The notes under the pieces are model-generated. The model did no database searches and was not told where the DNA came from. It was given only the letters and a program-made list of their open reading frames with translations. Position numbers and translations under genes: made by a program. Below, piece by piece: positions 15,601 to 27,592 of a stretch of DNA of 64,000 bases. Numbering within the stretch: position 1 is the first letter of the stretch; each line of letters begins with the position of its first letter. This DNA is from Antedon mediterranea (taxonomy: Eukaryota; Animalia; Echinodermata): the NCBI RefSeq assembly GCF_964355755.1, contig NC_092679.1:3626201-3690200 (forward strand). The letters run 5' to 3'.

Positions 15601-18600
15601 TGCCCAAATATGGTGGTGATGATATGACATCATCATGTCAATATAATGGGCACATAACATTTTTTTGTCACATAGAGTTTGATAGTGTAGACAGAGCTTA
15701 CGTATTATAGGTAATCTACGAAGAGCAACACAATGTTTGCTAATGAAATTAGTGAAAATCTACAGTTAAATCGCAATTTTTATTGTATACACTGTTTTAA
15801 TTACTTTTAATAGTGATAGCGTCGGCAAGTATGTATTTTGTCAATGTCAATTAATAATATCGACAATGATTTATTGTAAAAATTGGTTTTTATTCTGTGT
15901 AGTACATGTAGGGATTAATAAAATCAGGATAAAATAAATTAATAATTTAATAACATCAATAATTCAGAATAACAACTTGTTAAACTACAATGTTACAGTA
16001 TACTGTAGTAATAATAAATGTAACTACTTTTTATATCAGAATAAATAAATAAAATAAAAAACTCCACCTAAAAACTACAATTAATTTACTGTGCTATACG
16101 TTTTCTTAGCTAGCATAATGCAAAACAAGTTTACTGTATAACACAAAGTAAAGGGGGTTTCCTAAAGTTTTCAATTGAAATTGAGTATACAGATATTAAT
16201 AATAGCATGACAAGCATTTATTGTTCGTCAGTTGTTTGTGTATTGTTTTGCTTAAAATTACACAACGTTAAAAAATCCAGGATGAGTCACAGGCAGGTAA
16301 CAGTGGGTGTACACACATGGCATACAGTAGAACTATGGAAGTGGTGTAGACGGTACAATGAATACACAGTTTTTATTGACACAACAGCACTAAGTCTGGG
16401 GTGGTATTTCATTTTTTGGGGGTGGGGGAGGGCGATTAACCTTTCTTTCCAAATGATCAAATTGATTAAAATTACTAAAACATTACAAGCACTTCCTGAT
16501 GTTTACGTACTCACAGTAGGACCCAACAAATTGTCCCATTTACTTAATTAGAGTTTGCCCCTGATTTTCAGAAAAGGGGTGGCAACATATAAATACACAT
16601 TTCTTTTACGGAAATTGTACCCTTAGTACCATTTATCTGTGTAAATTAATACAAGTTAGGGGTGTCCCAAAGGACAGTTCTACAGTACTGTATAAACCAC
16701 CACCAAAAATCAGGGAAAATTTATGGATCAGCTAAACCTTAAAGATAGATATACTATTAGACAATCTTAGTTTTGGCATTGTGTTTCCAATACTAACATT
16801 TTAAGCAATTTATGTGACTGCAGTGTGTGCAGTAACTTTAAAAACCTAACTGTACCAGGAAAAACTGCTTTAATATCCTTAATATGTTTTGTATTTATAG
16901 TTAATGTAGGATATATGACCATAATATAACCATATAGAGGAAACTAGAGTACAACATAGGTGCTACACTGTATAATAATACTTTACTCCATGGTATAATC
17001 AAGGTATCATTGAACAAAATGCCCATAGTATTTGGATTAAATAATTAAGATAAGATATTCTAGGAAAATTGTCATTGTGCTACTGTCAATATCATTGTTA
17101 ATAACCTAAAATCTATTATTGAACTTTGAACTTGATGAACAATATAACCATGACCCCTACATAGGTCATGTATTTATAGAACAAATAGGCTGAAATAACA
17201 AGACAATAAGAGACTTTACCAAATTCACAAATTAATTTCTTATTTATTTTGTACCGTAATAAATGAAAAATAATATTAGAAAAAATATTTTATCAGTAAT
17301 TTGTGGGTTCTTAGAATGCAGGTGGGGGAGGAGTAAAGAAGAGAGGATCTGGGGGTGGGGGGCGGGTAAGCATTTCTTTAAGCGGATGTAATTTATCTGT
17401 CTTGCTTTTATTTACTGGCAAATAACCGATTATTTTAAAAAAAAATATTATTATTATCAATGAATTTTTCCTTGGCAGCAGAAATTTGGGCCTTTAGCTT
17501 GGTTCCCTAGGAACGCAATGTAAGGACGTAATTCAATGCAAGTGATTTGACCAATCACAAGCAATGGATTATTCGAACAGCCGCTTGTCATTGGTCAACT
17601 TGTTTCTGTTGCATCTCCAAAGAGTGAGAACCAAACTTGATACATCACATATCACACATTACCATAAATTACCATAAATTACCATAAATAATGTTACCTA
17701 CTACTGTACATAGTTATGTCCGTAGCAATTGTCAACTTTAATATCCATTTTTCCTATAAATATTTTAAAATTATAGTGTAAATTGTGACTGCCTTGACCA
17801 CATTAGATTCAGTGACACTAGAAAGTTTAAGGCCTAAAGGTCAGTTGAGTGTGTTTGCTGGCAGACAATAGCTATGCCCTTGCAAATACAGTACAAAATA
17901 CTACTATAATTTGTAAAGAATACAGTTATTATAAGGTCAGCCATTATCCATGATATTGGAGTAAACAGCATGCCACTGATAATGTGTAACTACAATCGGC
18001 TAGTTAAATAAATTTTGGACGAATAAATTCACGTTTTTCAGTCAAGAATGAGAATAATATAATCAATATGTTTGATTTTAAATTGTAGTCATAAAAATCC
18101 AGTAAAATTTTATTTTAAAATTGAATATTTACACATTGAAGTAATATGTTGCATTTACTGGTGGTAAGAACACTGAACTAAATTGTTAAAATCTTAATTA
18201 TTACTGTTAATTTACATAATTGTTCATCTCGTTTGTATTGTACAGTTGTCGTAAATTAATTTAGAAATGTCTTTTTAACAAACCAATCAAAATTTAAATC
18301 TCAAAGTCAAACAAAAAAGCTAAAAAGTTTATACTGTAAATGAACTATTAACAATGTATAAAATCAGAAATATAAATATGTAGCTGGAATGGTTATTAAA
18401 TAATAATAATCTGTAAATAAACATTTTAGGTAGGGAGATATTTCTCTGATTTAAAAGTAGCAAGCATTCCATTCTTAAGATCAGATAATATAGGTTGACT
18501 ACTTAATAAAAAGGATAGGGGTATCAAAAGTCGGGTCGTGTCCTTACCTTTTTTGTCCACAATGATTGAACGAGATACGGGTAGAAGGAACTTCTACATC

Positions 18601-18609
18601 GAAGTTCAT
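3611..18609 (-). CDS. SERTA-domain transcriptional co-regulator (CDCA4/SERTAD/Taranis family), 2 coding exons
   Basis: Main exon 4427-3611 has the SERTA motif RQSVLNISICKL..EPCLRRSVLICNTLRQIEKE, an N-terminal LKRK and a C-terminal acidic tail ELDQIMHVLV. Acceptor tttctttcag at 4428. Exon 18609-18548 (MNFDVEVPSTRISFNHCGQK, donor AG|gtaagg) splices in frame to it; this upstream exon is less certain than the main exon. Confidence 0.9.
5428..7014 (+). mobile_element. non-autonomous Helentron/Helitron-type (DINE-1-like) element
   Basis: Sub-TIR TTAGTTATCCGCAC (5428-5441) with local inverted partner GCGGATAACT (5445-5454). Reverse-complement sub-TIR GTGCGGATAACTAA at 6971-6984. 10-bp-stem hairpin at 6982-7004, CTAG at 7010-7013. 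TTCT-rich tract near the 5' end. Confidence 0.75.
7047..7168. mobile_element. PIF/Harbinger-type MITE, family A
   Basis: TIR AGCTCTGTC(T/C)ACACTATCAAA ... TTTGATAGTGTAGACAGAGCT with TAA TSD on both sides. Confidence 0.8.
7355..7675. repeat. ~115-bp tandem repeat, 3 copies
   Basis: Units start at about 7355, 7472 and 7582 with G(G/A)AGTGAGTAC..AATCAGTTT.AGCTCC and end ...AATGCCAT.ATGAAATATT. Confidence 0.85.
12550..13175. mobile_element. non-autonomous Kolobok-type DNA transposon
   Basis: TTAA at 12546-12549 and 13176-13179. TIR AGCCCCATTCCCTAC / AGACCCCTTCCCTGC (reverse complement of the right end). AG...CT termini, no ORF. Confidence 0.7.
15512..15698. mobile_element. Harbinger-type MITE, family A
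   Basis: Same TIRs, with internal CCCAAATATGG(C/T)AGTGAT subrepeats. An extra half copy lies at about 15392-15420. Confidence 0.75.
17496..17637. mobile_element. degenerate MITE (second Harbinger-like family)
   Basis: Ends AGCTTGGTTC... / ...GAACCAAACT. Internal inverted repeat TGACCAATCACAAGC / GCTTGTCATTGGTCA. Confidence 0.45.
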
Positions 18610-19089
18610 TTCTTGGTAAGACAACGGTAAAAGCATGTCAACTTGGATGTTGATCTCAAACTACATGACGGTAGGTTTCTACCAAAGACTATCTTTGGTT
18701 CTACCTTCTTTCAAACACCATGGAAATTACAGTCAGTGTCATGAGCAGAAAATGTTTATTAAAATTTCAGGGGAAAATACCCTCTCCGATCCTTCACGCG
18801 TCAGTTTTTTTCGTTCCAGCAGCAATTGTCAAGTAAGTCGACAATGAACCGACTTGATTGGATGTCTCAGTATAGTAGCAACGTCGGGAAAACGATAACA
18901 AAGCTTTGCTCATAAAATCCCAACAAATCAAATAATTTTCTGCAACCCGACATAAACATAAGAATTGATATTATTACTGTATATCTGAATCGTTACGCCA
19001 ACATTCAAAACGAAATGTAGGGCTATAGTATACAAAGCAGCCCTACAAACGGAAAGCTTGCCAACTATACGCTTCAGTAGTTTATTTAG

Positions 19090-19210
19090 TTGGTTACTCA
19101 ACCAATCATGGAAGCGTGTGGCAAGTCGTGACGTAAAATCAAGGCTACCGGTACCTAATAAGGAAAGTGTGCACGTGAACAAAGCGAGCTGGTAATATTA
19201 AGGTCAAGGG
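19090..19210 (-). promoter_or_regulatory. probable promoter of the SERTA gene
   Basis: AACCAATCA (~19100), TGACGTAA (~19128), CACGTG (~19172) and AAGGTCA (~19200), upstream of a CpG-richer first exon ending at donor 18547. Confidence 0.5.
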
Positions 19211-21397
19211 TTGTATAATAATAAGTATGGTACAGTAATCTTACCATATTGTATATTATAACAAAAGTAAAACTTTTAAATGTTTAAGGTTATTGAAATA
19301 CTTTGACGATGGTAAATAATTGATGACGATTTTAATTGTAAAATGTTTAGGCCTTACTATTATTTTTTTAGTTTTTGCCGACATTGTGAAGAGATATGCT
19401 CCCGAGCCATGACAGAATTGGGGAGGGGAGGGGTGCAAGCCCGGGGGTGCAAGGGTTAAACAGGCAATAGTAACATAGCACACAATATCAATGATACTTA
19501 TAATTTTTTTTTAATGCTGTAACAAATTAATATATGCTATATTTTAATGTCACATATAGGTACGTACTGGACGTATACTCACTTTGACCAAAAATTGGAT
19601 CGAAAAAAAAACAGTAACTTAAAAAGTTAAAAGTAACACAGAGTCTTTGGTTAATTTTTTTAATTTAACAATTTTTTTTAAAATTTGGTTAATTAGTTCA
19701 TTTTGCGCGTTCCTTTTCTGCGCAAGTGAATCTTTAATTAAAAAAAAATTAAATTATCTCTATCCATGATACAATATATGCCTCGAACAGAAGGTACGGG
19801 TGTCACACATAATACTTGATGTTTTTAAATTCATGCATAGGAAAGATAAGCAGAAACTTAAAAATATCCTATGACGTATGATTCCACAAAAACGATGATA
19901 ACCCTCGCTACAGACTAACCTCTAAACAAAGTACGTATGCATACATATTATTGAGGTTTATAGCACTTCGTACTGTTATATTCGATATAAACTTTTTAAA
20001 ACTTGATGTGAAATCTTTCCCAATAACAATTGTTTCGCAGTCGAAGCAAGCGAATATCAATTTGATAAAGTTATAACGCTCTATTTTATTAAATATCTCA
20101 ACTTAGGCCTAATGTTTAGACATGATAAAGAAATTCATTACATTTATAGTCTAAAATAACACTTCGCCAATAATTTTTTTAATAACATTGAAATAATTCA
20201 TCCTCAAATTGATTGCAGGCAACAATTAAATGTCGCACATTAATAAGGAATATCCCGGAATCAATCACAGAAAAAAAATTCTAAGAAAAATGCTGTATAC
20301 GTGTGTGAACTTTATAAACATCAGTAATTGCGAGAGGGCGCTGTCTAATACAGTTATTACGAAATGCCATAACGCAGAGTCCTGAACTTAATCCATGTCA
20401 TTTTTTTATAAGGAATATTTGTTTTGGCATTGATTCAAGTATGTAAGGACAAAGAAACTATGAATTGTATCATTTGTGAGAGCTATGCTTTAGATTTAGC
20501 TAACAAAGCTTTTTTGTAATTCGCTGTAATAAAAAAATCTTACCATTTTATAATAATAACAAAGAATTTCATTTTTTCGGAGTAAAACTGAAAAGTAGCA
20601 CATGTACCCGACGGCCGTGTATGTTTTAAAACAAAATGTTCGATTTCCAGTTGATGTAATGTCATCTTTGTAGATAATTCTTACGAACAAGTAAATAAAA
20701 TATTGTGTCCGTTACGTTCCGGATTTAAAAAAAGTATTTCGGGAGACATTTACGCGGTCCATTCAGGTTAGTTACTCGGATGAGTTTGTTCTACCACTTC
20801 AGCGATAACATTGGCCGTAACAAATGTCCAAATTACCTCTAATTCACCGAAATGAGCCTACTTGGGTTATTTTTTTAATCTTGCGGGTTTTTTTTAATAT
20901 TTATTTTTTGGCTATCTTACAACTCACTTTGGAACGAAAAGTTTTTACACTAAAAACTTAATTTACAAAATAGTTTACACTACGTAACAAAACAAAACAA
21001 ATTCACAAAGTCAAATTGAGGATTTTTTCAGACATTTTAGAAGAATGTTTTTGTGACACATTGAATGATATTAATTAGGTATTAAACTGTTAACATTTCA
21101 AATGATCATACATGTCAAAATATCGTGTTAAAGCTAAATGTATACGAATCGGCAATTAAAACTGTTTTAGATCGAATCCGAAAATCGTTAAAGAGTTGAT
21201 AAAACTAGTAATTTTACCCTCATGGCTCAATTATGATCATTATGAATGTTGCATTTCTTGCACGCTTCACTGCACATTGTCTTTATCCTCCATTCCCAGG
21301 CATCTTAATTATCTTTATGTGGGCGTATACTTAAATTGATATTATTTAATATCTACGTAACGCGCTGTCTGCTTCTTTGGCTTCTTCGAGATATAAT

Positions 21398-21515
21398 AGC
21401 CAATTCATAAGTGACGTCATTGTCGTTGACGTTACGTAGTATTCTACGCGATAGTTAATGACATAATAATGTGACGGTACGTTGATGACGTAATGCAGTA
21501 TACACGTGACGTTAG
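21398..21515. promoter_or_regulatory. CRE/ATF-like site cluster (candidate enhancer or promoter)
   Basis: GCCAAT (~21399), TGACGTCA 21412, TGACGTTA 21427, TGACATAA 21459, TGACGGTA 21472, TGACGTAA 21486, CACGTGACGT 21503. Confidence 0.5.
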
Positions 21516-22279
21516 GCCTAACATACTTTTATATGTTTATAGTACTGTACTGTGCTATCGTGTTTCTTTATATTATTGTAGAATACATTCCTTATCTACA
21601 ACATTACCATAACCTACACGACAGCCTACATACATATTATTTTTAAACTGTATCGAGGAGAGGATATTGGAAGGACCAATCCGTGACACGTCGTGATCAG
21701 ATGTGTTACGTGTCGATTTCAGGATTTTAATGTATTTAATTGTAACGGTACAATTAATTTTATAAAAAAGAGATTCTCTTTTATTTTCCATTTTGGTGAG
21801 CCAGTTGACAGTATTGCTACATTACATGCAAGACATTCAGCGCTTTTCCCAATAATTTTTTTTTCAAACATTTTTTATTATTAACACTGATAACTGTGTA
21901 AAATTAATTTCGGTTAGTTTGTCCATTTTGCATTTTATGTAAATACAATCATTCTCCTCTGTACTCTAGTGGTTATTGCTCGCTCGCCATGAGCGACAAA
22001 TTGTGAGTTATAGCAGACTTTCCGTTGATGATCGAAATTTGATTTATACATGAATAAATATATTCTACACAATGTATATGCCAACAAACAACTTTATTAG
22101 AAAATATTAAGATAATATTATTTATATTTAGGATATGTAGCATTTCAGAAAACCCTCAAACAAAAATTGATACGTTGCCTCCTAGAAGATAATTTTTATT
22201 CTGTAACTTTCAGTTTTCTTTAACATAAGTTTCTCTAGAACTTGGTGAGGCTCAGTTCCGGTCCAACATGACCATCTAA

Positions 22280-22468
22280 AGCTCTGTCTACACTATCAAA
22301 CTAGTTTGACAAAAAAAAGTGTGATATGCCCAACCATGGAGGTAAAAAATTAGTTAATAATTTATACATCCATGGCCCAACTATGGTAGTGATATGACAT
22401 CATCATGTCCATATATGGGCAAATCACATTTTGTTGGCACAACAAAGTTTGATAGTGTATTCAGAGCT
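22280..22468. mobile_element. Harbinger-type MITE, family A, carrying a 40-bp nested insertion
   Basis: TIRs with TAA TSD. Nested CATGGA...TCCATG insert at 22335-22374 flanked by a GCCCAAC duplication. Confidence 0.8.
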
Positions 22469-22591
22469 TAAGAACCATTTTTTCCCTTGCTGCTTTAATT
22501 ATGTATTGTCCAATCTTAAAATGTGTTGGAAGTAGAGTACTGTAGGCTCATTGTAGAAAGTTTTTCATTGGTTGGATAAAACATCATTTTG

Positions 22592-25500
22592 TTATGAAGG
22601 AATCCAAGCGTTTCCATGGGAATCTGGTTTCTCAGCATGGGCAATATCCCATATCCACGGAGAATCTATAGAAAAAAAATCATTTACATAAATAATAATA
22701 AATGATTTAAATCATAATTAATACAGTATTTTTCTATAAGAAATTTGGAAAATGTTCAACTCCAGACAGCTCTACTAAGAATTTAAATGTCTAAAAACCA
22801 CAAAAATAATTTTCATTTTAATCAATGATAATTGTCAATTTAGATAAGACGTTTTATTACCGTTTGGTTGATATGGCTTCAGTGGTAGATCCCAAGGGAG
22901 TGGAAAGTGTAGACAGTGTTGACTACTTTCAGTGTCATCAACTGAGAAGTGGCCACTGCCATTTTGATTCTAAAAATAGAAGAAACAAAATAATAAGTAA
23001 TTTTGAATTCTAATTTGTTCTTATTAATTAGCATTAATTAAAAATGTCGATGAATTGAATTGAAGATTAACACTTATTCTACAAAATATTTTTGTTCAGA
23101 GTTTAAAAGTAAAGGTTAAAACAAAAGAATTCCAGAATTGCATCGGTTTCATAAACTAGTTCTTAAAATGATAAATCTTCTTATATAGCCTGACTGACAT
23201 ACAGTAGCTAGAATTGTTCCATTGAAATATTAATATTGAATCCAAAATTAAATGATAGCCAACTAAGACCATTTAGGCCTTGTCTGCACTATTAAACTTT
23301 ATGTGACAACAAATGTGATGTGCCCATATATGGACATGATGATGTCATATCACTACCATACAGTATTTAGGTACCGGTATATCACTACCATATTTGGGCA
23401 CATCACACTTTTTTTTGTCAAACTATTTTGATAGTGTAGACAGAGATTTATAGCAATAGATTGGCAAAAAAACTTACAAAATTCTTAGGTAAAAACAGAA
23501 CACCAATTTCATAAGATCTGATCATCAACTGAGTGTTTTTCTTTTCCAAAGCTCCCCACGCAGCTTTCGACAAATTGGCACTTGGAATAAAAATCACAAA
23601 AAAAGAGAAAATAACTTGTCAATGAATTACCATAGTTGATTGGAATAAAATAATATTATATAAATATAATTCTTACATTTACCTCGTTACCAGAAACCAA
23701 GAGATCTTGGACTGGTCAGGAGAAACTCTGGCGTAGGTCTTGATATGCGGACTTGCTCTAGAGCGCCCTCTAACAGAGGAAGACCACTGACTGGATACAA
23801 AAAAGTCAGAAATTGGAATATTCAGATATCATAACTTTGGCCTAAACACATTTTATTAAGTTAGCTGTTTAATTTGAATGGAAAGTACCATACTTACTGT
23901 AAAAAAGTATTAAAATATTGCTGTTTAACGGCCGTCCTTGAACTGTACGGTATCGATGAACCTGCGGGGTAACCCTCTAAACTCACACGAACATTGTCTA
24001 CTGATGGAAAAATCTATGATAAAAATTAAAATCTGAGGCATAGGCCTACTGGACTTGAGGAGCTGTAAAAAGTTATCATTTATTCAATTTATGTTCTCAA
24101 TTCTGTACATCCACGTGTCACTTCTTGTTTACAAACAAACAATAAATAACAACTTACCAGCTTTAGAAGTGATGGATTTGACGTAGTTCCCTTTGGTGTT
24201 GTACTTAGGCTCTCTAACCATTCACTACATAACCATTTGTTCTTATCTGGACCTAAAGAGCCTACACTGGAGAATTGGCCAACCACAGACCAGTTCTTAG
24301 CTTCTGTGTTAGCATGTTCTTTTAATAGCTTTAAAAAAGAAAAAAAATATAGCATAATTAAAGGATGTAAAATGAATTTTACATTTGTAGGAATGAATTT
24401 GAAAGCTTCCAAGGAAATGTTGGGTTTTGGGAGCGTTTCGTATTTAGGGAGACTAATAGTTTTTCATTTTTCTTACTTTTCTGAATTTCATATGTCCCCA
24501 CTTTGTCTTGCTTTCACCTTGATGTCGGCCTGGTACAGACGCAATGATATAAACCCTTTTGACAAAAGAACACAACAATTTAATTTTGTATGTTTTTTTT
24601 ATCGGTGAATCGCAATGTTCTCTCAATAAATGTACATACATACCTGGCCTCTGTCATGTCATGTTGTAAGAGGTGCTCCTGCCACTGTGTTAACCCCTTT
24701 GTTTTATAGGCTGCGATGTACTCAAGCAGGTCAACTTTGAAATTAGTAATGGAGTTTCCCATTTGTGCAGTAGGGGTGTCATGCTTTAGTTTTGGGAAAA
24801 GTGGACTAATCCATACTCTGTAACAGATAATAAGTCTATGTTTCAAGATATTGCCATGCTACAGTTTGATGTGTAGACAGAGCTTGAGAAAAAGACATTG
24901 GCATATTAAAATGTCAACATTTCCATTGCATTTCTTATAAGTTCACAAAGTATACATTATGGCGTTATATACTTCAACCATACCCTTGAGATTTCTGGTG
25001 CCAATCCGATTCAACTAGATTCGCTGTATGTATCACAACCCGTAGTCCATCTTGGTACAATAGAATCATCATTTTACTAAAATAAATTAAATTAATATGT
25101 TTAGCATTATTTATAAAGCTCTGTCTACACTATCAACCTAGTTTGACAAAAAAGTGTGATGTGGCCAAATATGGTAGTGATATGCTTAAATATGGTAGTG
25201 ATATGACATCATCATGTCCATTATTATGGGCACATCACATTTTTTGGCACATAAAGTTTGATAGTGTAGACAGAGCTTTATGTACAAAACAGACCGGGAG
25301 TATATGTGACTAACCTATGATGAGTACCATACATTATCTCCAGCCTAGCCTGGCATAATCGGATATTAGGATATGCCGAAGCCTCCTCATGAAGGGCGTT
25401 TTTGCTATCTTGCTTTTCGCCATGTACCAATAGCAGAGGCTTAGACCTAGAGAAAGACAAACATTAGTTTTATTGCTCTACTGGTGTCAGATGACATTGC

Positions 25501-27401
25501 AGATAGTGTGATGCCAATGGGCTTGTTTGTTTGTTATTATTTCTTTATATCTGGTCGACCTCTTCAGTCAAAGATTGGTCTCTCAGAGGGTCCAGTTATG
25601 ATCAGTGGATGTGATGTACTATTACACTGGGGTAACCCCCTACTCGTCTTAAAAGATGTACTCTAGGTTCTTTAAAGTGCACATGAGCTAGATGTATACA
25701 CTGGACCTACAGTTTATACTTGTTCTACCACCAGAACCATGGAGCGACTGAGCCTCGAACCCTTGCCAATGTTATGGCTACGTAATTATGTTTCCACTGT
25801 CTTAACCGCTCAGCCACTCACTCACTGATGCATTCTTGGCTGGTATTGGAGGAATGCTATTGCAAGCCTGCCTTTTCGCAGGGGTTGTCATCTGCATATT
25901 TACCTGAATTTGGGATGATATTGTCGCATAAGCCAAGAGATGTCATGGCAGTAATTAAATTGTACTGATGCTTCAAGCTCTCCCATCGCTGGTGATAATA
26001 TTTCTGAAAGAAAGAAATCGGGAAGCTCAGCTGCATTGTGAATAACCCATGAACAACCATGGAGGTTTATTTTTACCTCCATTGTACAACTATACCCAAA
26101 AGAGGTTCTGCACATTAAAGGAAGAAGATGAGAAACCAATTATAGTATAATACTGACTAACTATATCGTGACTGCACAAAGTTCGAGACCACACCAGATG
26201 GAAACCAAGTGTGAATACATTATAGTACCTGAAATATCAACAGCTTTATTGTTAAATTTCGGGGAAATTCCTGTGACCTTTGACATGAGAAATGAGAATG
26301 GTTCTGTTGCTTGTAATGCATCAATAACTGTTGAAGTTGTTGCATTGTCAGATCCTTTTTTCTTCTTCGCTGATTGTCCACTATCATCCATGTTTATCTT
26401 CCTTTTCTTTGCTTTTGTATGGCTGGATCCTTCATCACTATCAGATTCTAAAAATAGAAAATTACTAAATCTATTTTCATTGTGAAATACTTACGTCTTT
26501 GGTTGAAATTAAAAATATACATCAATGCTTTAAATATAAGTTTTTTTCTTCAAACAATTGGTTGTTGGTTCTTCACCTGAATGATAAAATTCCTGTTGGT
26601 GGACTGGATTTTTACGATAACATTTTCGTCCATATTCGCAGCGAGGGCGTGGGTCATGCTTAACTGTCATACTCTTTTGCAAATTGTCCGATTTCTCATC
26701 ATTGGGAGACGTTTTTGATTCTGCATTTGTTTTTGGAATTTTGTAAGTGCCGTGTAAAATAGATTGACTAGAGGAAGCCTGATCATTGCAACTAGATTTT
26801 GTTGGTTTCTTTTTTTTACTGGGGGAATGTTCATCATTTTCATCTTCTGATGACCCCGAAATATCGTGACCCAGTGACAATGATAGCGCTAGTTTGGTGT
26901 CTCGGTCCTCCATCTCCCTCCGCCTCCTATCTTCTTCATCAAACTGAAATAATATTGAAAATTTCTTTTATATTAAATTAATATAGAATATAAAATTGTA
27001 ATTAATAATAATTATAATTACATTGATTTGCAAATTTGGTTTTTTTTACCGGTTATCTAACTATAAATAATAAATTATGTAGTACGTCTTATTGGATGAG
27101 TTATCACTTTATATAAAAAATTGAAATAAATATTTTATTTTTATTTTATTGGAGCCCCAGCAGAAGTTAGAACCTGGTGGGGCTCTGTAACTTTATGTAC
27201 AGCAGCTAGTGCAGCACTGTGTCTCAAACAAAGGCAACAGTCTGGCCCCCGGTCTGGCCTAGGAAACCGAGCACATGTTCAAGTCAATTGAATGCCTAAA
27301 CAATCTTCCGAATTGAATCAAATACTGTTTAGCAGAAATTAAAGTTAAATTGTAACCTTTCGTTGTAATTCAGCTGCATATTTTTCATCGGCTGTTTGCA
27401 T
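22592..27401 (-). CDS. TDP1: tyrosyl-DNA phosphodiesterase 1, 14 coding exons
   Basis: Exons 27401-27357, 26943-26577, 26447-26229, 26003-25904, 25446-25315, 25076-24984, 24817-24644, 24555-24477, 24328-24158, 24013-23898, 23790-23683, 23580-23478, 22969-22861 and 22665-22592, all GT-AG and in phase. Both catalytic HKN motifs are present ([17 protein letters not shown]; [16 protein letters not shown]), plus [32 protein letters not shown] and the terminal [16 protein letters not shown]. Confidence 0.97.
23276..23447. mobile_element. Harbinger-type MITE, family A (TDP1 intron)
   Basis: Degenerate left TIR, right TIR TTTGATAGTGTAGACAGAG, same internal sequence as other copies. Confidence 0.7.
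25117..25277. mobile_element. Harbinger-type MITE, family A (fills most of TDP1 intron 5)
   Basis: Near-perfect TIRs, TAA/TTA flanks. Confidence 0.8.
25523..25823 (-). mobile_element. tRNA-derived SINE (Deu/Nin-domain-like), internally deleted copy
   Basis: Minus-strand head GAGTGAGTGGCTGAGCGGTTAAG..GGTTCGAGGCT (A and B boxes), body GCACTTTAAAGAACC, (AAAC)n tail. Homologous to 38828-39100. Confidence 0.7.
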
Positions 27402-27592
27402 TTTTCCTCCCAAAACTTTATTTATTGCAAAACGTACATATTGTTGATTTTTTGTTTTGTCAAAAAAAATGTTTTGGTTTTTAAAAAAAAATAGAGGGCG
27501 CTCACATAATTTCTTAATTTTGTATCCTGTGGTTTGATGATTTTTTGGTACGACGGTGTCACGGTGATGATGCGTGTGCCCGTCGTTGTTAA

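Noticed and set aside
16931-17170. Further CAT..ATG hairpin insertions (16931-16992, ~17149-17170)
   Set aside because: No matching 7-bp target duplication, so they were not counted in the micro-element family.
4961-21884. Numerous 60-115-aa ORFs in the SERTA intron and intergenic DNA
   Set aside because: Compositionally biased (F/L/I/Y/K) chance ORFs of AT-rich DNA with no motifs or consistent splice structure.
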